A DNA stretch of 64,000 nucleotides, taken from assembly GCF_009914755.1 (NCBI RefSeq), contig NC_060938.1; one strand, given 5' to 3'. Both the position numbers and the translations under genes were made by a program. Positions 12,331 through 34,144 of the stretch are shown here, one piece after another (position 1 is the first letter of the stretch; every line of letters starts with the position of its first letter). The stretch comes from the human T2T-CHM13v2.0 reference genome, Homo sapiens. A model generated the notes under the pieces. The model was not told the DNA's origin. It was given only the letters and a program-made list of their open reading frames with translations, and did no database searches.

Positions 12331-12994
12331 ATTTTCTATAAAGGATCTGACTTTAGCTTCTTTCTGACTCAATCCAGAATTAGCACATCATGAAATTATC
12401 TCAGAAACCATCTGCCTTTCCTTTTCAAAAATAGTTTTAACATAGAATTGCATGAAAACAGACTCAATTTGGTATAAGGAAGTTACCTACAGCAGCTTAC
12501 CTCATTTATTTTTCTCCTCTTATGAGTCATACCTTTTAGTTGGGAGGATTTACACAAGGTAATATTTAGAAAAGAAGAATATATTAATATTTAAATGTGT
12601 GCAACATTGAAAGATTTGTTTTAAATTCAGTGCAGTCAGAAATACTTTAAAAGTACAAGAATGAGTTGATCTCAGCCTGAAATTAATTGGCCACAATAAA
12701 AAAAAATAATAATTTCTAGAAGAAAGTAATGTAATAAAAGTAGAAAGAGGAATAAAAGTAATTGTAATGGTAAGAATTATAAAATGTACTAATTTATACA
12801 TTATATGTATATTAAGAATTATTGAAAAATAGGAACAGATAAAAAGGATTGAGCCCTTTGGGGAGGAGTAATAGCTAGTTATCCGTTTATTATTTGACAT
12901 GACGGGAAATATTGACTGAAATCTGTAAGAATGGGGATGACATAAGGGAAGTGATATTCGAAAGATAATTAGGCTGCTTTTTATATTCAGGTAC

Positions 12995-13939
12995 TGTTTT
13001 CAGCAATCTGTCAAATCGTTTTTGTCCTCTGCTCTCACACTGCAACAACAATCAACACTAAAGAAGACTTCTGTGACCAAAAGTGTTTTTGTTTTTGTTT
13101 TTCACACACACCAAGCAGCAGATACTAGCTGTGTGTCCTTCAAATCAATTCTGACACCATCTACCTGGGTATAGTGTCAGATTCCCCAGGTTAGGCATCC
13201 AGTCCCCAGCTTCAGCTACCAGTCACATGTGTAGGCCTCCAGAACTTCTGATCAACAAGCTTCAATTTGGGGTTCCCATGACTCCTTTTTGGAGTTTGGT
13301 TAATTTGTTGGAATGGAACTCAGGAAAACACTTACGCTTACCCAGTTATTATAAAGGGTATTATATATGATACAGAAGAAGAGATGCATAGGGTGAGGTA
13401 TGGTGCAAGGGGCACAGAGCTTCCATGCCCTCCTTGTGCACAATCATCAAGGAGCCCCCACATGCTCAGCTATCCAGAAGCTCTCTGAACCCTACCCTTT
13501 TGAGTTTTTATAGAGGTTTCATTACATAGGCATGATTGACAACCACACAGAAATGTGATTGGAGAAAGTGCATGGTTTAAACCCAGCAAGGCCTGTCTGT
13601 TCAGTCTTCGCCTCTGTGTTTACCATTCTTCCTTTAGGATATTGGGTAGGACCCCCTCTGGAATGAGGGTCTTCTGCCCCATAATCAGATTAGTCCTGCC
13701 TTGGATAGGTGAAAAAGGACAGGAAAAGGTCAGAGAGAGAGAGAGGGATTCTGATTCTTCAGGTCTGTTTCTGAGGCCTAAAGCACTCCAACATTAATTA
13801 TAACAAAACTATAATAAGGTTGTGGGCATTGTAAGCCAGGAACTATGGATGAAAACCTATGTGTGTATGTGTGTGTGTGTGTGTGTGTGTATATATTATA
13901 TATAAAATATATATATATATATAAAATCATAATATCACA
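12995..13939 (-). mobile_element. MER21-like solo LTR containing a (TG)n(TA)n microsatellite
   Basis: gacttctgtgaccaaa, caattctgacaccatctacctgg..atagtgtcagat and terminal gccaggaact..ggatgaaaacc...aatatcaca motifs. Confidence 0.7.
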
Positions 13940-14219
13940 GATACTGAAAAGATACAGCCAGGAAACCCCCTAGTCACAATGTTGTATAAATTAGCAGACT
14001 ATTTCAATGACGTGAAGGGACTGTTTGGGGGTACACAGAAGTTCTAGAAATGAGTTAGGTTTGAGTAATCGTGTGTATGTGTGTGTCTGTGTGTGTGTAT
14101 TGTGTTTAGTCTTTTAAAAATCTTCTTGAATTTAGTTCTCTCTTTGTGTGTCTCATCTGGCTTTTCATGAATTATAATGTATTATTTTTGAAATCATAGA
14201 TGTTTTAAAAAGTTTTAAG

Positions 14220-15150
14220 TGAGAGTGACATCAGTAAAATATCAGGCTGGAAAACTGCAAGCTCTCCTTCCCCCATAGAAACATTGAAAAAGAAAAAACC
14301 TAGAAATTCAGCTATCTGAATCAACTGTGTAAGAGCTTTGGAAAAAAATGCAAAGGTTTACAACAAACAAACAAACATACATCAAGAAAATGCCATCTTC
14401 AAAATACTCCAATAATTAAAGAAACCTTTGCCAAAACATTAGTTAATGCAAGCTAAAGGAACAGCATCTTTACTGAGCACACAAAACCAGATAGGCTTGA
14501 CTAAATTTGTTTGGAAAAATATCTAAACAAATGCCTTATATCCTTCAACAACTAAACTTTTCAAAAGCATTACCGGAAGGAATGAGAATATGTTCTCAGT
14601 TACCACACTGTAATAATCAAATACCCTATTGTCATAAACAACAAAAAGTACAAAGTATACAAAGAAACAGTAAGACATGGCTTATTCAAAAGAACAAAAT
14701 AATTGACAGAAATCATCCCCAATAGAACCTAGACACCAGACTTACTAGACTAAGTCCATAAAACAACAGTTTGAAGTATAGTCAAAGAGCTAAGGGAAAA
14801 CATGGACAAAAAAAAAAAAAACCCAGAAGAATCAAAAAACTAATATATGAACAAAATAAGCATTTTTAACAAAGAAAATTACAAAAAGGAAATAAATGAA
14901 AATTCTGGATTGGAAAGGCACAGTAACTACAATGAAAAATGTAGTAGGGTTGCTCAACAGCAGATTTGTTCAAAGAGAAAAAAAGTCTTCTTTTCTTGAA
15001 AATACTTGAAGATAGGACAATTGAACTTATCTGATCTAAGTAGAAGAAACAAGAAGGAATGAAGAAAAGTATACAGAACAAAAAGAAATTGTGAAACACC
15101 ATCAAGCTAAACAACATATGCATTATGGGAGTCTTAGATGGAGAAGAAAA
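14220..15150 (+). mobile_element. old L1M 5'/ORF1 fragment
   Basis: A-rich L1M ORF1-like sequence (gacttactagac, aaagagctaagggaaaacatg, gaagataggacaattgaa, attatgggagtc..agatggagaaga). Confidence 0.6.
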
Positions 15151-15225
15151 CCCAGGCTGAGAATTTTCTGTCTTTATGCTCTGCTTCCCTTTTAGTGATA
15201 AACTGTCTTTAAATTCTTTCTTTCT

Positions 15226-16131
15226 GGGGGAGGAGCCAAGATGGCCGAATAGGAACAGCTCCAGTCTACAGCTCCCAGCATGAGCGACGCAGAAGACGGT
15301 GATTTCTGCATTTCCATCTGAGGTACCAGGTTCATCTCACTAGGGAGTGCCAGACAGTGGGTGCAGGTCAGTGGGTGCGCGCACCGTGCGCGAGCCGAAG
15401 CAGGGCGAGGCATTGCCTCACTTGGGAAGCGCAAGGGGTCAGGGAGTTCCCTTTCCGAGTCAAAGAAAGGGGTGACGGACAGCACCTGGAAAATCGGGTC
15501 ACTCCCACCCGAATACTGCGCTTTTCCGACAGGCTTAAAAAACGGCGCACCACGAGATTATATCTGGCACCTGGCTTGGAGGGTCCTATGCCCACGGAGT
15601 CTCGCTGATGGCTAGCACAGCAGTCTGAGATCAAACTGCAAGGCAGCAGCCAGGCTGGGGGAGAGGCGGCCGCCATTGCCCAGGCTTGATTAGGTAAACA
15701 AAGCAGCCGGGAAGCTCCAACTGGGCGGAGCCTACCACAGCTCAAGGAGGCCTGCCTGCCTCTGTAGGCTCCACCTCTGGGGGCAGGGCACAGACAAACA
15801 AAAAGACAGCAGTAACCTCTGCAGACTTAAATGTCCCTGTCTGACAGCTTTGAAGAGAGCAGTGGTTCTCCCAGCATGCAGCTGGAGATCTGAGAATGGG
15901 CAGACTGCCTCCTCAAGTGGGTCCCTGACCCCTGACCCCCGAGCAGCCTAACTGGGAGGCACCCCCCAGCAGGGGCCCACTGACACCTCACATGGCAGGG
16001 TATTCCAACAGACCTGCAGCTGAGGGTCCTGTCTGTTAGAAGGAAAACTAACAAACAGAAAGGACATCCACACCAAAAACCCATCTGTACATCACCATCA
16101 TCAAAGACCAAAAGTAGATAAAACCACAAAG
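15226..16131. promoter_or_regulatory. L1 5' UTR with sense and antisense promoters; YY1 site at 15237-15247
   Basis: Complete CpG-rich 5' UTR with CAAGATGGCCG; bidirectional promoter activity is established for young L1PA. Confidence 0.8.
15368..15676 (-). CDS. L1 ORF0-like antisense ORF (102 aa), open
   Basis: MAAASPPAWLLPCSLISDCCASHQRDSVGIGPSKPG...VVRRFLS...IRVGVTRFSRC matches the ORF0 pattern; longer C-terminus. Confidence 0.65.
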   Translation of the reverse strand: MAAASPPAWLLPCSLISDCCASHQRDSVGIGPSKPGARYNLVVRRFLSLSEKRSIRVGVTRFSRCCPSPLSLTRKGNSLTPCASQVRQCLALLRLAHGARTH

Positions 16132-18760
16132 ATGGGGAAAAAACATAACAGAAAAACGGGAAACTCTAAAAAGCAGAGCGCCTCTCCTCCTCCAAAGGAA
16201 CGCAGTTCCTCACCAGCAATGGAACAAAGCTGGATGGAGAATGACTTTGACGAGCTGAGAGAAGAAGGCTTCAGACGATCAAATTACTCTGAGCTACGGG
16301 AGGACATTCAAACCAAAGGCAAAGAAGTTGAAAACTTTGAAAAAAATTTAGAAGAATGTATAACTAGAATAACCAATACAGAGAAGTGCTTAAAGGAGCT
16401 GATGGAGCTGAAAACCAAGGCTCGAGAACTACGTGAAGAATGCAGAAGCCTCAGGAGCCGATGCGATCAACTGGAAGAAAGGGTATCAGCGATGGAAGAT
16501 GAAATGAATGAAATGAAGTGAGAAGGGAAGTTTAGAGAAAAAAGAATAAAAAGAAATGAGCAAAGCCTCCAAGAAATATGGGACTATGTGAAAAGACCAA
16601 ATCTACATCTGATTGGTGTACCTGAAAGTGATGGGGAGAATGGAACCAAGTTGGAAAACACTCTGCAGGATATTATCCAGGAGAACTTCCCCAATCTAGC
16701 AAGGCAGGCCAACGTTCAGATTCAGGAAATACAGAGAACGCCACAAAGATACTCCCCGAGAAGAGCAACTCCAAGACACATAATTGTCAGATTCACCAAA
16801 GTTGAAATGACGGAAAAAATGTTAAGGGCAGCCAGAGAGAAAGGTCGTGTTACCCTCAAAGGTAAGCCCATCAGACTAACAGCGGATCTCTCGGCAGAAA
16901 CCCTACAAGCCAGAAGAGAGTGGGGGCCAATATTCAACATTCTTAAAGAAAAGAATTTTTGCTCCCTCTCCCTCTCCCTCTCTCTCTCCCCACGGTCTCC
17001 CTCTCCCTCTCTTTCAACGGTCTCCCTCCGATGCGGAGCCGAAGCTGGACTGTACTGCCGCCATCTCTGCTCACTGCAACCTCCCTGCCTGATTCTCCTG
17101 CCTCAACCTGCCGAGTGCCTGCGATTGCAGGCGCGCGCTGCCATGCCTGACTGGTTTTCGTATTTTTTTGGTGGATACGGGGTTTCGCTGTGTTGGCCAG
17201 GCTGGTCTCCAGCTCCTAACCGGGAGTGATCTGCCAGCCTCAGCCTCCCGAGGTGCCAGGATTGCAGAAGGAGTCTCGTTCACTCAGTGCTCAATGTTGC
17301 CCAGGCTGGAGTGTAGTGGCATGATCTTGGCTAGCTACAACCTCCACCTCCCAGCCGCCTGCCTTGGCCTCCCAAAGTGCTGAGATTGCAGCCTCTGCCT
17401 GGCCGCCACCCCGTCTGGGAAGTGACGAGCGTCTCTGCGTGGCCGCCCATCATCTGGGATGTGAGGAGCCCCTCTGCCCGGCTGCCTAGTCTGGGAAGTG
17501 AGGAGCGCCTCTTCCCAGCTGCCATCCCGTCTAGGAAGTGAGGAGCGTCTCTGCCCGGCCGCCCACGCCCATCGTCTGAGATGTGGGGAGCGCCTCTGCC
17601 CCACCGCCGTGTCTGGGAGGTGAGGAGCGTCTCTGCCCGGCCGCCCCGTCTGAGAAGTGAAGAGCCCCTCCGCCCAGCAGCCGCCCCGTCCGGGAAGTGA
17701 GGAGCATCTCTGCCCGGCAGCTGCCCCATCTGGGAGGTGGGGGGGCAGCCCCCGCCCGGCAGCTGCCCCGTCCGGGAGGGAGGTGGGGGGCAGCCCCCGC
17801 CCGGCCAGCCGCCCCGCCGGGAGGGAGGTGGGGGGTCAGCCCCCACCTGGCCAGCCGCCCCGTCCGGGAGGGAGGTGGGGGTCAGCCCCCGCCCGGCCAG
17901 CCGCCCCGTCCGGGAGGGAGGTGGGGGTGCGCCTCTGCCCGGCCGCCGCCCTGTCCGGGAGGTGGGGGGCGCCTCTGCCCGGCCGCCCCTTCTGGGAGGT
18001 GAGGAGCCCCTCTGCCCGGCTGCCGCCCCATCTGGGAGGTGTACCCAGCAGCTCATTGAGAACGGGCTATGATGACGATGGCGGTTTTGTCGAATAGAAA
18101 AGGGGGAAATGTGGGGAAAAGATAGAGAAATCAGATTGTTGCTGTGTCTGTGTAGAAAGAAGTAGACATAGGAGACTCCATTTTGTTCTGTACTAAGAAA
18201 AATTCTTCTGCCTTGGGATGCTGTTGATCTATGACCTTACCCCCAACCCGGTGCTCTCTGAAACATGTGCTGTGTCCACTCAGGGTTAAATGGATTAAGG
18301 GCGGTGCAAGATGTGCTTTGTTAAACAGATGCTTGAAGGCAGCATGATGGTTAAGAGTCATCACCACTCCCTAATCTCAAGTACCCAGAGACACAAACAC
18401 TGCGGAAGGCCCCAGGGTCCTCTGCCTAGGAAAACCAGAGACCTTTGTTCACTTGTTTATCTGCTGACCTTCCCTCCACTATTGTCCTATGACCCTGCCA
18501 AATCCCCCTCTGCGAGAAACACCCAAGAATGATCAATAAAAAAAAAAAAAGAGTGAAAAAAAAAGAATTTTCAACCCAAAATTTCATATCCAGCCAAACT
18601 AAGCTTCATAAGCGAAGGAGAAATAAAATACTTTACAGACAAGCAAATGCTGAGAGATTTTGTCACCACCAGGCCTGCCCTAAAAGAGCTCCTGAAGGAA
18701 GCACTAAACATGGAAAGGAAAAACCGGTACCAGCCGCTGCAAAATCATGCCAAAATGTAA
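16132..18760 (+). pseudogene. L1 ORF1, disrupted
   Basis: MGKKHNRK start; CGA>TGA stop at 16519-16521; SVA inserted after LKEKNF; resumes at 18572 and ends TAA at 18758-18760. Confidence 0.92.
16960..18560 (+). mobile_element. full-length SVA retrotransposon (older B/C-like)
   Basis: CCCTCT hexamers from 16963, Alu-like region, GC-rich VNTR ~17390-18040, SINE-R ~18040-18535, AATAAA plus A tail; TSD aaaagaatttt at 16949-16959 and 18561-18571. Confidence 0.97.
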
Positions 18761-18823
18761 AGACCATCAAGACTAGGAAGAAACTGCATCAACTAACGAG
18801 CAAAATCACCAGCTAACATCATA

Positions 18824-22655
<3,832 letters not shown>

Positions 22656-22964
22656 ACAATGAGATCACATGGACACAGGAAGGGGAATATCACACTCTGG
22701 GGACTGTTGTGGGGTGGCGGGAGGGGGGAGGGATAGCATTGGGAGATATACCTAATGCTAGATGACGAGTTAGTGGGTGCAGTGCACCAGCATGGCACAT
22801 GTATACATATGTAACTAACCTGCACAATGTGCACATGTACCCTAAAACTTAAAGTATAATAAAAAAATAAATAAATAAAAATAAATAAAAATAAAAATAA
22901 AAAATAAAAAAATACTTTCTTTCTTCTAGCGTTTACTCTAAGCAGTTGATAGAAGCCATACAGA

Positions 22965-23141
22965 TTATTAATATTTTGCTTAGATATTTCTATGGCCAGA
23001 TGTCTATATATATATATATGTATTATGTATTACTTTTATTTTATTTGGTTGTTTTTTATATATGTGTTTATATATGTGTGTGTGTGTGTGTATGTGTGTA
23101 TGTATATATATAACAGAAATATCTAAGCAAAATATTAATAA
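22965..23141. repeat. perfect 27-bp inverted repeat around a (TA)/(TG) microsatellite
   Basis: ttattaatattttgcttagatatttct (22965-22991) and its exact reverse complement (23115-23141). Confidence 0.9.
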
Positions 23142-23221
23142 AATATTTTTGTCTATATATTCATGTGTACATATATACCATATATATGTAGTCTATCTAT
23201 CTATCATCTATCTATCATTTG

Positions 23222-23352
23222 ATTGTTTGTTTTTGTAGAGACAAAGTCTCACTATATTGCTCAGGCTGGTCTTGAACTCCTGGCTCAAGCAATTCTTCTG
23301 CCTCAGCCTCCTAAAGTGCTGGGATTATAAGCATGAGCCACCATGCCTGGTC
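23222..23352 (-). mobile_element. Alu left monomer (FLAM/AluJ-like)
   Basis: gtagagacaaagtctcactatattgctcaggctggtcttgaactcc...gctgggattataagcatgagcca. Confidence 0.85.
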
Positions 23353-23579
23353 AGTGCATTGCTTCATTGCTTTTTAATTATTTTTCCCACAACGTCCTCT
23401 GTCATGAGGATAATTCAGCCAAGTTTATTGCCACTTTATAACAAGGATGACCTTACCTTCAGTTTCTAATAAGATATTCCTCATTTCCATCTGAGACCTC
23501 ATCAGAAAGGCCTTCATTGTCCATATTTCTGCCAATATTCTGTTCACAAGCTCTTAATCTTTAAGACTTAGGCGAGAGA

Positions 23580-26740
<3,161 letters not shown>

Positions 26741-26744
26741 TTAA

Positions 26745-27930
26745 AAGAACTTTAAAACTTCTGGAAACTAATATAGGAGAAAACGTATATGACTTTGGAT
26801 TTGGCAATGTTTTATATACCATACAAAAAGCATGAATGTTCCTTGAATGAACAAAATGATCAGTTGGACTTTTTTAAAATGAAAAACTTCAGTTCTGTAA
26901 AAAGCACTGTTAAGAGAATGGAAAGACAAGCCATGAACTGGAAGGAAATATTTGCAAAGCACATATCTGATGAAACATTTGTATCCAAAATATAGATAGA
27001 ACTCTTAAAACTCAACAGTAAGAAAAAACAACCCATTAAGTAATAAGCAAAAAATCTGAACATATACTTCACCAAAGAAGATATACAGATAACAAATAAG
27101 CATATTTATGGATGCTCAACATCACATGTCATTAGGGAATTGCAAATTAAAACCACAAGGAGATACCACCACACATAATCTATTAGAATGGCTACAATCT
27201 AAAACACCAACAACAGGAAATGATGGTAGGGTTGTGGAGCAACAGAAACTCTCTCCTTCATTGCTGGTGGGAATGCAAAATGATACAGCCAATTTGGAAG
27301 GCATTTTGGCAGTTTCTTACTAAGCTAAACATTGTCTTACCATATAATCCAGTTATCACACTCCTAGGTATTTACACAAATGTATTGAAAACTTATGTCC
27401 ACAAAAATCTGTGTACATATATCTATAGCCGATTTACTCATAATTGATAAAAATTGAAAGCAACAAAGATATCCTTGAATAGGTGTAATGCTGACATACT
27501 TTTATGTTTCCAATGTTGTAAAAGGTGATACTATAGAGATTAAAAATATCAGTGGCTTCCAGAGTTGGCGGGGCAGTGTTAAAGAGATGGAATGAATAGC
27601 TGGCATACACGGGATTTTTATGGAGTGAAACTATTCTGTATTGTGCTGCAATGGTAGATACATGACATGTGTTTTTCAAATCCATAGAAATGTACAACAC
27701 AAAGGGTGAACCTCAATGTAAACTATGAATTGAGTTAGTAACAATGTATTGATATTGATTCATCAATTGTATCAACTGTACCTACCAATGCAAGATGTTA
27801 ATAATAGGGGAGAATGTGGGTAGGGGAGACAGGAAGTAAATGGAAGCTTCCTGTACTTTCTATTCAGTTTTTCTGTAAGCCTAATAATGTTCCAAAAAAT
27901 AAAGTATATTAATTTTAAAAATTAAAAAAT
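26745..27930 (+). mobile_element. L1MC-class 3' fragment
   Basis: ORF2 C-terminal remnant plus gtgaacctcaatgtaaactatg...aatgcaagatgttaataatagggg 3' UTR. Confidence 0.75.
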
Positions 27931-29702
27931 AACCCAATGTGAAAGCAGGAGCAGAGGGGGAGCAATATGGTGGAACAGAAGGCTCTACCGATTGTCACCA
28001 CTGCAAGAGCACCAATTTAACAACTATCTACACAGAAAAAAAAACAAAAACAAAAAAAACCTTCATAAGAACCAAAAATCACAAGAGCACTCCTAGTACC
28101 TGGTTTTATCTTCATATTACTTTGTATCCCTGAAAGAGGGACCGAAGAAATAGAAAAAAACAGTCTTGAATTCCCGACACCACCACTCCTGCCCCAGGCA
28201 ACTGTAGTGGGGTGCAGAGAGCATGTCTGGATGCTGGGGGAGAGAGAGCACAACAATTGGAGGGATTAAACTCAGTGCTGTCCTGTTAGACCAGAAAGGA
28301 AAATCAGACTGAACTCAGCTGACACTTGCCCATAGAGGGAGCATTTAAATAAGCCCTAGCCAGAGGGGAACTGCTAGTCCCAGCAGTCTGTACTTGAGTA
28401 CCTGCAAACCTCACCACTGAGGGCTACAGTGCTGCATGTCTCTAAGTAAATTTGAAAGGCAGTATAGGCTATAAGGACTGCAACTCTAAGATAAGTCCTA
28501 GTGCTGAACTAGGCCCAGAGTCAGTGGACTGGGTTGGTGGCAGGGGGGGATGGGGTGGGGGACACGTGACCAACTGAGACACCAGCCAGGGTGTCTAAGG
28601 GAGTGCTGGCATCACTCCTCCTCTAAAATCAGACTTCACAGCTTGCAAGAGACCTGGTTGTCCTTCCTTCCACTTGAGGAGAGGAGTGGGAAGAATGGGG
28701 AGGACTTGTTTTGCAACTTGGATATCAGCTCAGCCACAGCAGGACAGGGCACTGGCCAGAGTCATGAGGCCCCCATTTCAGGCCCTAGCTCTTGGACAAC
28801 ATTTCTAGACACATCCTGGGCCAGAAGGAAACCTGCTGCCTTGAAGAAAGGGGCCCAGACATGGAAGCATTCATCACCTGCTAACTACAGAGCCCTTAAG
28901 CCCTGAATAATCAGCAGCAATACCCAGGTACTATGTCAAGAATCTTGGGTGAGCCTCTGAGACTTGCCAGCTTCAGGTGAGACATAGCACATTACCAGTT
29001 GTGGTGGCTATTGGGAGAAACTCCTTCTGCTTGAAAAAAGCAGAGGGAAAAGTAAAGGGGAGTTTGTCTTCTACCTTACATATCAGCATGGCCACAGAGA
29101 AGTAGAGCACCAAGTGGGCTCTTGGGGTCCTTGATTCCAGGACTGGATTCTTGGATGGCATTTCTGGACCTGCCCTGGGCTGGAGGGGAGCCCACTGAAG
29201 GGTGAGTCCCAGGCCAGGCAGCATTCACCACAGCTGACTTAAGAGCCCTTGAGCCTTAAGGGAACATTACCAGTAGTCTGGCAGTACTCCTTGTGGCATG
29301 TGATGGTGGTGGCTATGGAGTGAGGCTCCTCTGCCTTTGGAAAGGGGAGGGAATAGTGAAAAAGATTGCATCTTGTAGTTTGAGTCCCAGCTCAGCTGCA
29401 GTAAAATAGAACACCAGGTAGGCTGCTAAAGCTTTTGACTCTAGTCCTCAACTCCCAGAGAGCATCTCTGGACCCACCTGAGGTTTTGAGGAACTTGCTT
29501 TCCTGAAGTAAAAAAAAAAAACACAGGCCTGGGTGGCTTTTCCACCTGCTAATTGTACAGCCCCAGAACCTTGTGTAAACACAGACAGTAGCAAGGGATT
29601 GGTTACAGCAGGCCTTGGGTGAGACTCAGTGCTGTTCTGGCTGCAGGTGTGACCCAACAAAGTCACAGTGGTGGTGGCCACAGGGGTGCTTGTGTCACTT
29701 CA

Positions 29703-30744
29703 CTCCCAAGCCTCAATTCTTGCCCTTTGTGCACCTACAGGCTTAACACCACATAGAAGTCTTGGCAGCTTCCAGCTTGCACCCTCTGGAGCAGTGATCT
29801 GAGACATATCTGGGGCTCTTTTAGCCACAGCTGGAGCTGGAGTGGCTGGAATGCAGGGAGCAGTGTCCTTAGGTTGCACAGGGCAGTGAGGCCTGAAGAC
29901 CGAGGCCCAGCCCATGAAACCATTTTTCCCTCCTAGGTTTCTGGGCCTGTGATGGGAGGGGCTGCCGTGAAGGTCTCTGAAATGCCCTGGAGGCATTTTC
30001 CCCATTGTCTTGGCTATGAACATTTGGCTCCTCTTTACTTATGCAAATTTCTGCAGCCAGCTTGGGCTTAAATTCCTCCGCTGAAAATGAGTTTTTCTTT
30101 TCTACCACATAGCCAGGCTGCAATTTTCCACACTTTCATGCTCTGCTTCCTTTTAAATATAAGTTCAAGTTTCAATTCATTTCAGTGCTTATGCAAATGA
30201 GCATAAGCTTTTAGAAGCAGCCAGGCCACCGCTTGAATGCTTTGTTACTTAGAAATTTCTTCCGCCTGGCCAGACACGGTGGCTCATGCCTATAATCTCA
30301 GCATTTTGGGAGGCTAAGGTGGGTAGGTCGCTTTGAGCTCAGGAGTTTGAGACCAGCCTGGGCAACACAGCAAAATCCTTTCTCTATAAAGAATATAAAA
30401 ATTAGCTCTGTGTGATGGTGTGAACCTGTAGGCCCAGCTATTTGGGAGGCTGAGGCTGGAGAATTGCTTGAGCCTGGGAAGCAGAGGTTGCAGTGACTGA
30501 GATCACGCAACTGCATGCTAGCCTGGGTGACAGAGTGAGACCCTGTCTTATAAAAAAAAATTTCTTTTGCCAGATAACGTAAATCATCTCTGTCAAGTTC
30601 AAAGTTCCACAGGTCTCTAGAGCAGGGGCACAATGCCACCAGTCTCTTTGCTAAAGCAGAACAAGAGTGACCTTTATCCCAGTTCCCAATAAGTTCCTCA
30701 TCTCCATTTGAGACCTCCTCAGTCCAGACTTCACTGTCCATATC
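29703..30744 (-). mobile_element. MST/THE1-type MaLR internal segment (host of the next element)
   Basis: cattttccccattgtcttggcta..aacatttggctcctc, ctctgtcaagttcaaagttccaca and other MaLR-int motifs. Confidence 0.8.
30268..30560 (+). mobile_element. AluJ-like element
   Basis: Dimeric Alu with A tail; degenerate TSD aaatttctt..gcc. Confidence 0.9.
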
Positions 30745-32884
<2,140 letters not shown>

Positions 32885-34144
32885 ATTGAACCATGAAGAA
32901 ATCCAAAACCTGTCCAGAACAAAACCAAGTAATGAGATTGAAGCTGTAATAAAAAGTCTCCCAGTAAAGAAAAGCCTGGCACTCAATGGTGACACTGCTG
33001 AATTATACCAAACATTAAAGTAGTACTAATACCAATCCTACTCAAACTATTCTGAAAAGTAGAGGAGAAGAGAATACTTCTAGACTCTTTCTATAATGCC
33101 AGTATTACCCTGATACCAAAGACACATCAAAAAAAAAAAAAAAAAAAAAACACTACTGGCAAATATCTCTGATAAATATTGATGCAAAAATCCTCAACAA
33201 AATACTAGCAAACCTAATTCAACAGCACATTAGAAAAATCATTCATCATGACCAAGGGGGATTTACGTCTGGGATGCAAGGACAGTCCAATACATGCAAA
33301 ACAATCAATGTGATACATCAGATCAGCAGAATGAAGGATGAAAACCATATGATCATTTCAATTGATGCTAAAAAAGCATTTGATAAAATTTAACATCCCT
33401 TCATAATAAAGACTCAAAAAACTAGGTATAGAAGGAACATACCTCAACATAATAAAAGCCATATATGACAGACTCACAGCTAGTATATACTGAATGGGAA
33501 AAGTCAGAAAGCCTTTCCTCTAAGGTCTAGAACATGACAAGGATGCCACTTTCACCATTGTTATTCAACATAGTACTGGAAGTCCTAGCTAGAGCAACCA
33601 GACAAGAGAAGGAAAGAAAGGGCATCCAAATTGAAAAGGAAGAAGTCAAATGATCCTTGTTTACAGATGATATAATTTTATATTTGGAAAAACCTAAAGA
33701 CTCCACAATAAAACTGTTGGAACTGATAAACAAATTCAGTAAAATTGCAGAATACAAAATCAACATCCAAAAATCTGTAGCATTTCTATATGCCAACAGT
33801 CAACAATCTGAAAAAGAAATTTACAAAGTAATTCCATTTGCAGTAGCAACAAAAATTTAACTACCTAGGAATTAACCAAAGAAATGAAAGATGTCTATAA
33901 TGAAAACTATAAAGCACTGATGAAATAAATTGATGAGGACACCAAAAAATAGAAAATATTCCATGTTTATGAATTGAAAGAATCAAAATAGTTAAAATGT
34001 GCATACTACCCAAAGGAAACTCCAGACTCAGTGCAATGCCTATCAAAATACCAATAAGATTCTTCACAGAAATAAAAAAATCATAAAATTTATATAGAAT
34101 TTATATTTTTATCATCTGTGAAGATTATTCAAAGGAAAAAAAAA

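Noticed and set aside
16588-17229. 213-aa ORF1-SVA fusion protein
   Set aside because: It starts at GTG downstream of the premature ORF1 stop and its tail is translated repeat; no support for translation.
17331-18097. Long Pro/Arg/Gly-rich ORFs on both strands and a CRISPR-like periodic array
   Set aside because: This is the GC-rich SVA VNTR: tandem units without unique spacers, stop-poor by composition.
22700-22745. G-quadruplex-forming G tract (also 47300-47330)
   Set aside because: Standard feature of L1 3' UTRs.
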